Positions 25,767 to 38,644 are shown, counted from the stretch's first letter. The stretch: DNA of 64,000 nt from Sphagnum compactum (GCA_965153455.1 OZ234494.1:1984001-2048000), one strand, 5' to 3'. The notes: a model not told the origin generated them from the sequence alone. Translations and numbers: made by a program.

Positions 25767-27038
25767 ATGGCACCCAAGAAGAACCGTAAGCAAGCTCCGG
25801 AAGCCATGGCCGAGGAACCCATCGAAGAGCTTGTAGTCCCGCCGGAATCAATTGGGGAAGAGGAACCAATAACCCGAGAGGACCAAGATGAGCCCGAAAG
25901 TGAGGAGGAACAACGGAGCTCGGTCCTATTCACCCCGGAACAATTGGAAGTCCTCCTCAAGATGGGTAGGCCCGACTTCGGTGAGTTGGTGGCGGCCCTC
26001 AAAACATCAACCTCCAAAAGTGAAAGGTTTCAACCGGCCAAGCCCGGGAACTTCGATGGTGCCCGCGACCGAAAAGTGGTGGATGCTTGGCTTGTGGAAA
26101 TGGATGATTACTTACATGCCGCCAAGGTTGGACGACATTCCGCCGTGGAGCTTGCCCAATCTTACTTGAAAGGCTATGCTGCCACATGGTGGCGGACGGT
26201 GAGACAAGAAGAGGGGAAGAACCATGGCTACACTTGGGAGTTCCTTAAGGAACACATTGAGTCGGAATTTGTTCCGAGGAACTCCGACTACATTTCAAGG
26301 TGCAAACTCCGCGATCTTGTGAATGCCACAAATGACAATTTGCGGCAATATGTGAGGACTTATTCAGAACTTATGCTTGAGATCCGGCACATGCATGAGC
26401 TGGATCGTGTGTGCCAATTTGTGATGGGGCTTCCAACTTGGGCCAAGCGCAAGCTTGAGGAGAATTGGCCCTCCTCACTATCCGAAGTCATCATGAAAGT
26501 GGAAGGCTTCTCGGATGTGGGGCGGGGTGAAAAATCCGGGTTCAAGAAGGACAACAAATTCTTTCACAAAAAGCCAAGGCATGAGGGCGAATGGAACCGA
26601 GGGCAAGGAAGCCCAACAAAAGATAAGTCCAAGCAGTTTCAAGGCATGGGGTTCAAGCCAAAAGGAAATTTTGTGAAGAAGGGGGCTCCTTTCAAGGCGA
26701 GCCAACCCAAGGGAGATTTTGGGGTGAAACCCAAAGGAGCGTGTTTCAATTGCAACGAGATGGGACACTACTCCAAGGATTGTCCCAAGTCCAAAATGGG
26801 GAATGGGGGCTCTAAGGTAATTGCCCTCAATGCCAACCTAGCCCAACCCGAATGCAATCGACTTATCTTTTTGAAGGGGAAGATTGCTAAGCGGGATGTG
26901 TTATGTCTCTTGAACACAGGGGCTTCTCACAACTTCATAACCTGGGAAAGCGCCGAAAGGATGGAGCTCCACTTGGAGGAGCTCAAGGCACCCATCGAGG
27001 TGCACTTCGCGGATGGGGTTCCCCATCCCACAATGTGA
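25767..27038 (+). CDS. Retrotransposon Gag + truncated, mutated aspartic protease
   Basis: Gag-like sequence with zinc knuckle [14 protein letters not shown]. The protease motif reads [10 protein letters not shown] (catalytic D replaced by N) and the ORF stops early in the protease. Confidence 0.88.
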   Translation: MAPKKNRKQAPEAMAEEPIEELVVPPESIGEEEPITREDQDEPESEEEQRSSVLFTPEQLEVLLKMGRPDFGELVAALKTSTSKSERFQPAKPGNFDGARDRKVVDAWLVEMDDYLHAAKVGRHSAVELAQSYLKGYAATWWRTVRQEEGKNHGYTWEFLKEHIESEFVPRNSDYISRCKLRDLVNATNDNLRQYVRTYSELMLEIRHMHELDRVCQFVMGLPTWAKRKLEENWPSSLSEVIMKVEGFSDVGRGEKSGFKKDNKFFHKKPRHEGEWNRGQGSPTKDKSKQFQGMGFKPKGNFVKKGAPFKASQPKGDFGVKPKGACFNCNEMGHYSKDCPKSKMGNGGSKVIALNANLAQPECNRLIFLKGKIAKRDVLCLLNTGASHNFITWESAERMELHLEELKAPIEVHFADGVPHPTM

Positions 27039-27039
27039 A

Positions 27040-30000
27040 AGCACATGAGTTGCCTTATGCGGGTGGACCAACCATCCACTTCATGTTAGGAAATTCCTGG
27101 GAAAGAGAATGCGTGGGAGGCTATGGCATGATGTGTGTGATGCGGATGTTGGATGAGTATGAGCCCAAGGAAGCCACCAAGTTGGTGACTTCCGCCAAGT
27201 GCATAAAGAAAGTTTTGGAAGAGTTCCCGGATGTGATGCCCAAAGAATTGCCCGAAGACTTACCCCCGAGAAGACGAGTTGATCATGCGATCGAGGTGAT
27301 GCCGGGAGTGGCACCTCCCGCCAAGGCCCCAAATATAATGAGCCATGAGGAGTTGAAAACATTTAAGGTTCAACTTGAGGAACTCCTCGCAAAAGGTTAT
27401 ATCAAACCAAGCAAATCACCATATGGGGCACCCGTCCTTTTTATTCACAAGAAGGATGGGACTTTGAGGATGTGTGTAGATTATAGAGCCCTCAATAAGG
27501 CAACGGTGAAGAACCGGTATCCTTTACCTCGGATCAATGATCTATTTGATCGTCTCTCGGGAGCCAAGGTGTTTAGTAGGATTGACCTACGTTCGGGGTA
27601 TTACCAAATTCGGATCGCGGAAGGGGACGAAGAAAAGACTGTTTGCCGCACAAGGTATGGCTCATATGAGTTATTGGTGATGCCTTTTGGGCTCACCAAT
27701 GCACCCGCCACATTTTGCACTCTCATGAATGACATTTTCCAAGAATGGCTTGACGATTTTGTGGTCGTCTACATAGACGACATTTTGATTTATAGTAGCT
27801 CCTTGGAGGAGCATGAGGAGCACCTTCGCAAAGTGTTCCAAAGGCTAAGGGAAAACAAGTTGTATGCCAAGCTTGAGAAGTGCGAATTTGGAGTGGCGGA
27901 AGTGGACTTCCTTGGGCATAGGATAACTCAAGAAGGTTTGAAGATGGATGATTACAAGGTTAAGGCAATCTTGGATTGGGAACCGCCTAAATCGGTTCCC
28001 ACCTTGAGATCCTTTCTTGGATTGGCATCCTACTATCGCAAGTTCATCAAGAACTTTGCAAGGATTGTCGTGCCTTTGACAAACCTTTTGAAGAAGTCCG
28101 CCGTCACTTATGAATGGGAAGAAGCATGCGACGAGGCCTTTGAAACATTGAAGGGCATTTTGGTGAAGGCGCCGGTGTTGAAGTTGCCCGACTTTGACAA
28201 AGAGTTTGAGATTCATTCCGATGCCTCCGACTTTGCAATTGGAGGAGTCCTAGTGCAAGAAGGAAGACCGGTGGCCTTTGAAAGTAAGAAGTTGAGTGAG
28301 AGGGAGCGAAGGTGGCCAACACATGAAAAGGAAATGTGGGCGGTCATACATTGTCTCAAGACTTGGGGCCACTACATAGGCTCCAAGGATGTGGTGGTGT
28401 GGACCGACAATGTGACCTTGAAATACTTTGCCACTCAACCCAAGTCATCATCCAAACAAGTAAGGTGGCAAGACACATTGGCATTGTTCAATGTGGATAT
28501 TCGGCACAAGTCGGGAAAGGAGAACATAGTTCCCGATGCCTTGAGCCGTAAACACCAACTTAAAGTGGTGTATGTGGGAGAGACGAAACTTCAAAAGGAA
28601 GTTCAACTAGCAAGCCGCCGGGATGCATTTGCCAAAGAGGTGAGGCAAAACATCCAAAATGGAGCCAAGTCCCACTTTCATTTGCAAAATGGATTATTGT
28701 GGTACAAACAAAAGCGACTCTATGTGCCGAAAGGGAAGATAAGGGACACCCTCTTGAAGGAGTGTCATGATGGATCGCTCGCGGGCCATGGTGGTGCAAA
28801 GCGCACCACAACATTTCTAAAGAAGTCCTACTATTGGCCTAACTTGAAGGATAGTGCGGAGGAGTATGTGAAGACTTGTTTAACTTGTCAACAAAACCGA
28901 ACCCTCAACAAGAAACAAGCGAGTTTGTTGCAACCTTTGCCAATTCCTGAAGGGCCGTGGGAAAGTGTGTCCATGGACTTCATGGTAAGCTTGCCCCCAT
29001 CAAAAGGGTTCGATGCCATCATGGTTGTGGTGGATCGGTTTAGCAAGATGGCACATTTCATTCCCACAAAAGATGAAGCCACGGCCCAAGAGACGGGAAG
29101 GTTGTTCTTCTCCCGCATCTTCAAGCACCATGGCCTCCCAAAGGACATAGTTACGGATCGAAACCCAAAGTTCACAAGCAAGTTTTGGCGAGCCTTGTGG
29201 AAGCAGATGGGGTCGGAACTCAAGATGAGCACTTCGTTCAAACCCCCAAACCGATGGACAAACCGAGAGGGTGAACTTGGTGATCCAACAATTCCTAAGG
29301 AATTATGTTGCGGCGGATCAACAAGATTAGGTGGACCATTTGGAGTTAGCCGGGTTTTGTTACAACAACTTGGCACACTCCGCAACTGGGTCCACCCCAT
29401 TCCAAATGGTGACGGGCAAGTCACCAATTGTGCCCATGATTTGGGCGGCACAAGGACAAACCTTGGGTGATGCAAATGAGGAAGTGCCGATGGTCCAACA
29501 ACTTGATGAAGAAAGGCGGCGCTTGTGGGAGTTGGCCAAGGCCAATTTAGAAAAGGCGCACAAAAGGTACAAGGATTTTGCGAACAAGTCCCGACGAAAG
29601 GTGAAGTTTCAAGAAGGGGATGAAGTGTGGTTGAACATCAAGAACTTCCGGTTGCCAGAAGGTTTAAGTCACAAGTTCTTGGGCCCATATGCGGGCCCAT
29701 TCAAAGTGTTGGAAAAGAAACTTTCCGACACTTATAAGTTAAAACTACCAGAAAATTTTAGAGTTCATCCCACATTTCATGTTTCCCTTTTGAAACCGGT
29801 CTCCCGTGATGCCTCAAAGCCTAATCGAGAGCAAAACTCAAGGCCCCCACCTGACTTGGTTCATAATGAACCAGAGTTTGAGGTGAAGGTCATGCTTAAG
29901 TCAAGGCAACTAAGAGGACGAGAACGGGAATACCTAGTTAAGTGGAAAGGATATCATGCAATAGAGGCTTCTTGGGTGACCGAATCCGATATGGAACATG

Positions 30001-30059
30001 CCCAGGAAGCCATAGAAGAATTCCACGCTAGACCGACAAAGAAAAGCCATAGAACGTGA
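27040..30059 (+). pseudogene. Pol: RT, RNase H, integrase, chromodomain (frameshift and stop in integrase)
   Basis: [62 protein letters not shown]. There is a +1 frameshift near 29242 (aaacccccaaaccgatgga, PQTDGQTER) and a TAG at ~29327. The C-terminal chromodomain reads EFEVKVMLKSR..REYLVKWKGY...ASWV..SDM. Confidence 0.93.
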
Positions 30060-30842
30060 TGAGGACATCACCTTTCTTTTAGTGGGGCAGAGTGTCACAT
30101 AAAATGTACCACATCAAGTTGCAAGTGAAATAAAGGCAAAAACAAACTTCCAAGAGATTGTATCACGAGAATTTTGTATAAGTGCAAATAGGGTTGTCAA
30201 ATGGCATTGGACAAATGGAACTATCTTGCGTAAGCCCAAATCAAAATCAGACTCCTACTTTGGGGTTAAGGAAACTTGGCCCCAAAAGAGGAGGCAAACA
30301 AGGTGAGCTTGCGGGGACATGCACATGCCTTAAGTGCATCCCAAAAGGTTGGTTGGTAGTGGCGGCCAACACGGGAAGTCATGACCCCGCTTGCGTACTT
30401 TAATCGTGTATTTTGGGAATTGAGTTTTGGCAAAACCCAAGTGTTGCCTCTCGTACCTTGATAAGCAAACCTTTTAGTTAAGGCTTGGTTGTTGTGACCA
30501 AGGCGCGAGATTGGGAAAGGAGTCATGTTAAGTAGCTTAGGTCAAGAGTAGACTTGATTTGAGTTCCTCATGAGGGGAAGAATGAAAAAGTTCCTCCCAA
30601 ATGAGGGGCTTCGTCAAATTAGGCTAGTTTAGTCCTCTTTTGACGAAGCGTGGGAAAAGGGTTTTTCAGGAAACCCTCTTGGACTTGTCAAGAAAGTGTT
30701 GGAAACTTGGGGACGCCTAAGTTAGCTTGAGACAAGGTCCAAACCGCAAAGAATTGGCACAAATGGCCAAGGTTCCAAATGAAAGCAATTGCAAGTGGGA
30801 GAGAAAATTCTAAGTGTCAATGAGGACATTGACCTTTCTTCT

Positions 30843-30854
30843 AGTGGGGGAGAG
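30843..30854 (+). promoter_or_regulatory. Polypurine tract of the chromovirus
   Basis: AGTGGGGGAGAG immediately before the 3' LTR TG; a near copy lies at ~30081-30092. Confidence 0.85.
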
Positions 30855-31493
30855 TGTCGCAACCCCACTTTGGGTAAAGTGTGAGAATGCAATTCACACT
30901 CCCAAAGTTGGAGACTTGGAATCCTCCGGGACTCCCGACCACTAAAAGTCGGGAATCGACTTGATCCCGGTGTGTGTAGGTGAAGTGCGACATACCGTTG
31001 GAAAGATCTCGAGGAGAACTACAACTTTGGTTTAAACCTCATTCCAATCGAAGGTCGGAGCCGGGAGATATCAACTCCCAAAGTCCCGGGAGTCCAAACC
31101 GGGACAGTTTCGGGACTCCTCCTTGGGAGTCCCGGGAAAAAGTGCCATTCGGATGTAGCCTCGGCGAAGAGCTGCAGAGAATACTATACGGGGGAAGGTG
31201 GTGGCTTCCCTCGAGTCCGAGCCGTGGTGAGTCAAGTGAGTCCAAGGTTGCTTGTGGCTTGTCCTAGCACCAAAGTTATCCAGAAAGTGGTCTAACCAAC
31301 TTGTGTTGGTTTTGATGCAGATTTGAGTAGGTGAAAAGCTTGTCACTCATCCTAGTCCATCCCGAGGCTTCAACACGACCCTCTACCGCTTTTAGTGTTG
31401 AAGGCTGGGAGCGTGCCCGGAGTCCCTCCCTTTTTCGCAACTTGAACCAACTTAGTCCAACTTGGGACTAAGTAAGGACTTGGGAGCGCGTCA
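30855..31493 (+). repeat. 3' LTR (639 bp; 178-bp internal deletion)
   Basis: Colinear with the 5' LTR except for loss of the segment between two GACTCCC repeats. Confidence 0.95.
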
Positions 31494-31648
31494 TCCACCT
31501 TGGTTTATGTTAACACATATCCAATTTGATTGATTCATAATTTTTAATGTTCTTGCGATTCACTATGATGTTAGTGAACATGATTTCTTTAACTCAATGA
31601 AGGATCAAAATATATCAAAAAATAAAATGCGACAATGTTTTACTAAAA

Positions 31649-31651
<3 letters not shown>

Positions 31652-31679
<28 letters not shown>
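31652..31679. repeat. (TA)n microsatellite
   Basis: atatatat... run. Confidence 0.9.
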
Positions 31680-31682
<3 letters not shown>

Positions 31683-34600
31683 TCTCATATTGTCAAATGC
31701 TTATCATTCCAACATGTCATGCGAGTACACAAGAATGCTCAATTGAAAAGATTATCAACCAAAATAACATTAACATGTTTCCTCTTAACAATTTCACAAT
31801 CCAAAGCTATGTTTTTGACACAAGTAACTCAAGCTAGTGAACTAATGGCCTTTTCAAAACCTTGAATGTATTACCCCCCATTTTGAAGGTGGATTGAACA
31901 AAACCTCATCAATACACTAAAACTAAATTCACCCAATTTTTCTCTTGTGGCCAATTTTGCCAATTCATCTTGTTTTCAACAATGGTACAAAAGTATTGCT
32001 TCCTCTTGTAGGTGAGCTCAAATGTAGTTTTGTCTTTAGTTGTTGAAGTTGTCCTATAAATTGTACACCATGGTGTACCTTTTTAGGTCAAGTTTTTAAG
32101 GTCTATGAATTGAAAGTTTCAAGTTTTATTGGAATTGTCATTAGAATTTAATTGAATAATTTAATTTTTAAAAATGGATTTAAAACTTGAATCAAAGGTG
32201 TTGTCTAATTTTAAATAGATTCAAGTTTTCTAGGTAATTAAGAACAACATTATTATTATAAAAAAGGTATAAAATGAGCTTACATTTTAAGCAAGTTATT
32301 GTATTTGATTGATTGGACATAATTGATATTTTGAACTATGTGCATTAATTCAATGAATTAATAACATTAAAAAATGTTTAATCAAATGGGTTGGAAATGA
32401 AACTAAACTTGGTCTTAAGTTGAACTTATTTCAAATTCTTCGCAAAAATCATTAAACCAAAACAAAATTAAATCTAAACAAATAGTGTTAAAAATGGATA
32501 GAAAATTTTATTAAAAAAAATTAAAACTAGGATTGAAGGTTTTGTACCTTAGGAGGGTCCAAAATTATGAAGGTTCATTTTTTATTAAATCCTTTCTAAC
32601 ACATAAGTAGACTATCAACCATATTATAACACAACTTTTATAATAATCTTCATTCATATGATCCCCAGACATGAACTTTATATTCTTTTGCGATAAGATC
32701 ATTCACACGCCTAAAGTTGAATCTTTATGTGAGAATTCACCCCAAAAAAATTTCATCGCACATGTCTCAAAATTATCTTTATGGGGATCACTTGCCAAAA
32801 GATCGTAAGGTTTTTCCAATGATGTTTATAATAATCTTCACATTATATTTATTTTTTCAAGATTCTCTTTTCACATATGATACTTTTACAAATTTTGATA
32901 TCAACTAACAACACCAAATTATTGAATGCAAATTATGAACCTAAAGTTTCAATCAATACCCTTTATATATCTGAAAGAATGAAATGGATGAATGGTTAGT
33001 CACATTCATTTACACATATTTTCCATGTATCATCTTTTTATGTCAAGCTAATCATCATGTGTCATTTATAATTTTTCATCATTCTGTGGATAGGTCTTAT
33101 ATTATTTGAAATTTACGATTTGATCAAATTTACATATTCAACCTCCCATTATTACTAATTCAAAATAATTATTTAAATTATTCATAAATCAAACCTTATA
33201 CCCTTCATCAAAAGATTCTCATTATAAGGCCCATGAAATTCATTATTTTATTTTGCATTTTTATCCATACTATTATCCCAAATCATAATATTATTATTTG
33301 CTATTACAACTCTTAAAAATTATTTGTTATTACAATTTTTTTCATAATAAGAACTAAACAACACCAGCCTTTACATTTCATTAAGTTCTCAAAAAACAAA
33401 TTCACACTTCACAATAACACTCTTAAAAATGTGGGACCAAATGAAATTGAATATTGGTTCAATACCAAAGTAATTTTGATTTGATCTATATGATTTCAAC
33501 TTATACAAAGGATTTTCAAGGAAAAATGACCCAAATTTGTCACATTTTAAGATTTTATTTTTTTCCAAATCACCAATTTTTTTTGATAAATTCATGTAAG
33601 TAAGAATATGGAAGGATCATTTTTAAAAAAAGAATTCAACATGGTGTATAGCAAAATTTGGCTACATCACAAAATTGAAGGAAAAAAAGGGTTAAAACTT
33701 CAAACCAACAATAGTTAAAATAAAAAACATTTTATGAAATTTTCATAAAATGAACTCACTATTTTTCACCGCGTAAAATATATAAATTTCAATATATATA
33801 TATAATTTATTTTTTAAAACACTGTGTCACACTGATAAAATAGTAAGGGTTAAGTGTAAAAATGATAATATTATTAATTCATTGAAATTTAGGTCAAGCT
33901 TAACAAGTACTCTCAGGAGTCAGGAGCCCCAATTTTAGTCAAGTCCAAAACCCTAATTTATTCACACTAGGTGTGTTCGTCAACAAAGGTCGCCTTCAGT
34001 TGCTGTGCAACAGTTTGATGAGCTCGAGAATGGGCGAGAACAGCAGGGATCTATGTTGTAGTGTGCAATGCGAAAGAGGAGGAAGAGGAAGAGGAAGAAG
34101 GAGAAGAAGAATTGATAATAGTAGTTTCTACGTAAGTGGAGATTTCAAAGAAGCCAGGTTTGGATTCGTTTCTGTTTGGACTTGTTTTTTTTTTTTTTTT
34201 TCTTTCTTATTGTGGAACTGCAGAGAGACAGAACGAAGGTTCTGGACATTGTGTGTGTTGCTTCCTTCTCTGGCTGTTTTTGTGGATAGCAGGCTTTCTC
34301 ACACCCCCATTATGTCCTTCTTGGTATCATTGTTTTCGTAGTTGTGGTGTGGCTGTGAGTAGGTTTATGACTTGGTGAATTGGTTCTCAAGAAGAATCTC
34401 GGGTTGCAGTCCTAGGGTTAGGGTTTGGCAGGAGCAAATTGTGGAACCACGTTGCCAGAATTTTTGCAACTCGGAATGAATCAGAAGATGCCCAATTTTG
34501 TAAGAAAACAGTAGATTCAAAGGGGGGGGGGGGGGAATGAAACAGACTACTACTCAGGGACTTTCAGATATTCTGTGTCCCTTTTTCTTGTTCCATGAGA

Positions 34601-34734
34601 TCCTTATGTTTTGATGGAGCTTGTTGAGCTGCAAATTTTTTGGATGATGAGATGTGTTTTTCGCAGCTTGTAACCCTACTAGCACTGTCAGGGGCTTGAT
34701 GTGAAGAAAGGGACATATTTAAGAGCTAGAAGGC

Positions 34735-36057
34735 ATGGGTACAAGTCAGATTTCAAGCTCTTCGGATGATGGTGAGGACGAGGGGCATGCTTCTCGACTG
34801 GCAAGTGTGGCCATTGACTCTGCAGCTGTGGTGTTAAATGCTTCTAGCTCTGCACCATCCCTTCGCAATGGAAGAGGAAAACTGTCTTCAGGTCAATTGG
34901 TCAAGGCAGAGAATGAGAGCAAGGAAACCTCTGGCTTGAAGCTCTATCAGATTCGGGTAAGTGTTTACGCTTCTGCTCTTTCCATCTGGTTCATTCCACA
35001 AAATATGTCCATGAAGTATTTGGTTTGCACCTGTGCAGCTGCAAGACCTTCTTTACAAGCATCTGGACAAGACAGTTGGGGAAACATTTGCAGCACAACC
35101 ACTGTTGGCTACTGAGCAAACTATTGAGTGTCATGAGAATGGTCTTGATGAAGTTGAGAAGGATGTAGATATTCGACTCTTCAGCAGGGCTCCTCCTGGC
35201 ATTGTGATAAAGAGACCAGGCACAAATTCAGCTTCTTTGTTTTAAATCTTGAAACCTAATTGCAGTAGCTGCATCATCATCAGTTATGGTTTTGATTACT
35301 TGAGTACTTGTTGCTTGCCATTATATACAACCATGGTCTCAATGTAGTGTCTGACTGTGGTAGTATTCTAGGGTATATAGTTCACATGTTTGATCTTTTC
35401 AATCTAGGAATGGCCACTGTAGACTAGAAGTTGGGACATGTCAATATGTGTTTTGTCTAGTTCTAACCCTAATCTTTCTTTCACCTTAAACTATGCACCT
35501 CTTCAATGTGTTTATTAATGCTTCCTATCCAATGCTTGCAAATCAGTGCAGGGCCTGATGAACATTTTGGGTTTTCTTTCTTGCAGAGAAAAACCTGGAA
35601 GTGACTAAAAGAGTAAAGCCCAATTTAAAGAGGGGTTACAGCATTGATGATGAAGACTCTGATGAGGTAAAATAGGACAAGTAGGAAACCACATGTTGTA
35701 TCTATTAATTGATCCACTGTGGTATTTTTCCTCTGGATTGTTTCTAATGTTCATTGTTGATTTGTGATTCAGCATCTTGTTCGTCTACAAGCTGCAGCAA
35801 TTGATGGAGAAACCATCAGAGCAGAAGCCAAGCATGCTATGGCAAAGGCCCTGGCAACAAGCCAAGTATCTGCAGAAGTAGCTGAGAAGGCAGCCAAAAG
35901 AGAGGAAGAGAGAGTTGCAGCACTCAAACGTGAACGGGGTGAAGAGTGGCTCCCAGCCATTGCTGCTCAACTGGGCTTACCACTCAAAAGCAATAAAGTT
36001 AGACAGGATCCTCAACAACTGGAACTGTTGAAACAGAACAACATGCAAACCACCTGA
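34735..36057 (+). CDS. Conserved small protein resembling CUSTOS (C12orf43) family, ~255 aa, 4 coding exons
   Basis: Exons 34735-34956, 35039-35219 (GC donor), 35587-35666, 35773-36057 join in frame. Motifs SSSSDD..RLASVAID, LYKHLDK, IRLFSRAPPG, RLQAAAIDG, REEERVAALKRERGEEWLP. A likely 5'UTR intron spans ~34132-34666. The family name is from recall, not a search. Confidence 0.75.
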
Positions 36058-36769
36058 AACCAAATAATTATGTTCAAACAATGAAGACTGTTGAGAGTAA
36101 GCAACTTTGTTCTTGTAAGTAGTCCTGGAATCAGCGAAATCCTTGAATTTTCTGCAGATCACTAAATCATGCCAATTATTGAGGTTACATGTGGAACTCA
36201 TGTTAGTAGAGTGAAGTTTGTGGAGAGAAGCATATGAGCACTCATGAAAACACAGATTAATCTTCTGGTGATTGTGAACCTCATTAAGCCTTCCATAAGG
36301 CCTGCTAAGTTGAGAAGCAGATGTCATTGGACCCTATTCCGTAGGGATATATATCCAAGCAAATTTTGCCAGGGATATGTTTGACTTTGAGAAAGTTTGC
36401 AGGACAATGTGCACTTGGGAGCTCTGTTTTATGATTTGCAAGGTTGGTGGTTGCAGCTGCCATGTGAAATAGGTCACTGGGGTTTCTTTGTCCAGCCATC
36501 ATCTGAAGCAAGACCATATCTCTGGGAATTTGACAAACCGGTCTCTGCTTTGATGTAAGTGATGGGTGCTTTTAAATGTGATGGGCAAACTTAATTGAAA
36601 TGCGAACACCATGTGAATATTGTCTAATTTTGTTGGATTGATTAAACCAATAAATGATGGAATTCAAATACTCATCATCTAAATGATAATTTTGTGCACA
36701 ATCAGTCCCTTGGAGAAATTTACCAGAACTGATGTGAGGTAAAGAAGAATGGCCTAGAGAAAAGCTTAG

Positions 36770-37570
36770 AAGAGAATTCACAGAACTGGTTCTTGCAGAT
36801 ACAGCAACATGGTCACTAGAATTTGACTCAGCACTTGGGCAGCAGATGGCACAGCATACAACAGATCATTTCAGCCTTGGAGGATGTTGAGCAGTTTCAT
36901 CAACACAACAGGCTTCAAACCAAGCAGTATTTGGCTGAAGCTTGAGACCAGTTTCAGCATGTGGTGTGCATTCTCCAGGTGAAAGAAAGTATTTTGATTA
37001 TCAATTTCTGTTGTGAGCAAGGATGCAGCAAATGTGTGGGGCTCAATAGCAGGTTTCAGTGATCAATTATACATGCTAGTAGGGTCCATGCAGGGAGAGC
37101 CCTTCATGGTGCCAGGGCTCTCCTGCTTGTTTCTCAAGTTGTGATCCATAATTGATAGGTGTTCACATCTCCTAGTGTTGGGAGTGTGGAACTGCTTTCT
37201 GTTTTCTGAATTCCTTTTCTTTGGAGTTAGTTTATATGTGCACTGTGTTGGAGGTCCTCCCTGCAAGTGCATGTTTGGCATTCTCAATGATGCTATAGCA
37301 ACTCAGACTTCACGATTATGTGTGATTTGCCCGGTGCTAACAGGACAATTTTTGTGACTCTGCTCACATTGAGGATTGGTGCAGTTTAGGGTTTAGGACA
37401 AAGCAACAACACACAGGGTTGCAGTTTTCACTCAGGGAATGATGGTGACAAAGAAAACTTCATCAGAGCCATTGAGCTAGATCTTTGGCGGCAGCTTCTG
37501 GAAGTTGGAGTGCAAAAGCAAGCAGTTGGTGACAAGGATTGCCAGTTCTTTGCACTCTCTCCTTGTGTTG
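36770..37570 (+). pseudogene. WASHC5: Decayed fragment of WASH complex subunit 5 (strumpellin)
   Basis: Colinear translated blocks across frameshifts and stops: QNWFLQI..SLEFD; QQIISALEDVEQFHQ..LQTKQYLAEA*DQFQHVVCILQVKESIL; LSCLFLKL*SIID; MFGILNDAIATQT; HRVAVFTQGMMV..IELD..RQLLEVGV.KQLVTRIASSLHSLLV. These parallel strumpellin as I recall it (QLIQALEEVQEFHQ...FLKLASALD...SIFTEGI...[20 protein letters not shown]). Confidence 0.8.
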
Positions 37571-37781
37571 GGAATGGACCTCCTAAACTTGAGAATTTTG
37601 TGGACATACAAGAAACCTCTCATTCCCTTCAAACAAAATGCAGATCTGTGGAGTAATTTTACATGTCCATGTGCTGCATTTCACCTCTCTCACAAGATCA
37701 TTTTACCACCACAAAAAGGGGCAACAGAAACAATGTTCATTCATGAAATGGAAAAGTGCAAGACTTGCAATGTGTACATAC

Positions 37782-38100
37782 CAAGATTCTGCCAGTACTC
37801 CAATTCCAGGCTTTCAACTTCCCTACTGAAAGAAATACCCTTTCGATTTCCATCAAACCTTAAACCCTAAAAAGAAGAGAACTGCAAAAGAAAAAACAGT
37901 CGGATTGATTCTTGGGTCCCATTTTGCAAAAGATTCTGCCACTACTCCAATTCCAAGCTTTCGACTTCCTGGCCGAAAGAGAGACCCTTTCCATTTCCAC
38001 CAAACCCTAAACCCTAAACCCTAAAACGAAGAGAACTGCACCAAAAAAGGAAAAGAAAAGGTCGGATTGATTCTTGGGGTCTCTTTTTCAAAAGGTTCCG
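37782..38100 (+). repeat. ~150-bp tandem duplication containing AAACCCT telomere-like repeats
   Basis: aagattctgcca.tactccaattcca.gcttt...gaagagaactgca...gtcggattgattcttggg occurs at ~37783 and ~37929; (AAACCCT)3 at 38002-38022. Confidence 0.85.
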
Positions 38101-38476
38101 CAAACCGCGTGCTTGGTGGGAATCTCCTCGACATCAGCAGATGGCAGCTCTTTTCCAGCTCATGGGTCCATTTCCATAGGCGTGATGCGTGCAGAAATCT
38201 GCTTACCGTATGCTGTCGTATATTCCTCGCCTGCAGTGATGGGTCGTACCAAGTCTTGGAGAACACAGGAGAAGCTCAAAAGTGGCACCTTGTTGACCGC
38301 TTCCGTTAGGCAGGAATCTTCTCCTATCAGGGCGACAAAACTCCTCACCCAGGTGAAGAGGAGAGCATGGAATCTCATCGGGTGGCGGATTAGGGTTTCT
38401 TCTTGCTTCACAGATGCCTTCATAGAAGATTCTTCTGCCGATGAGTTTCGGGAGCTGATTCGTTCCTGTATGCACG

Positions 38477-38501
38477 CAGATAGATAGATAGATAGATAGA
38501 T
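38477..38501. repeat. (GATA)n microsatellite
   Basis: gatagatagatagata... Confidence 0.85.
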
Positions 38502-38644
38502 TGCCGAAGAATTTCTGGAGCTAGTTGGTGGTGTTACAGAAGCCGTCGACAGCCAGATCAAGCCCTGGAGCTGGAGAAGGAGAAGGAGAACAAGTACAAG
38601 TGTGGAGAATTGAGAGAAGGGGTGAGAGAGAGAGAGCAAATGAA

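Larger units (their letters stand above)
24900..31493 (+). mobile_element. Ty3/gypsy chromovirus LTR retrotransposon, both LTRs present, inactivated
   Basis: 5' LTR 24900-25716 (TG..CA) and 3' LTR 30855-31493; TSD TCCAC at 24895-24899 and 31494-31498; PBS and PPT present; domain order gag-PR-RT-RH-IN-chromodomain. Confidence 0.97.

Noticed and set aside
21909-31346. Recurring short ORFs (e.g. WESREK...ILYGGRWWLP) at ~21900-22300, 25200-25570 and 30980-31350 as a small gene family
   Set aside because: They lie wholly inside the three related LTRs, so LTR homology explains the recurrence.
38002-38022. Interstitial telomere or chromosome fusion
   Set aside because: Only three AAACCCT units are present, consistent with an ordinary telobox.
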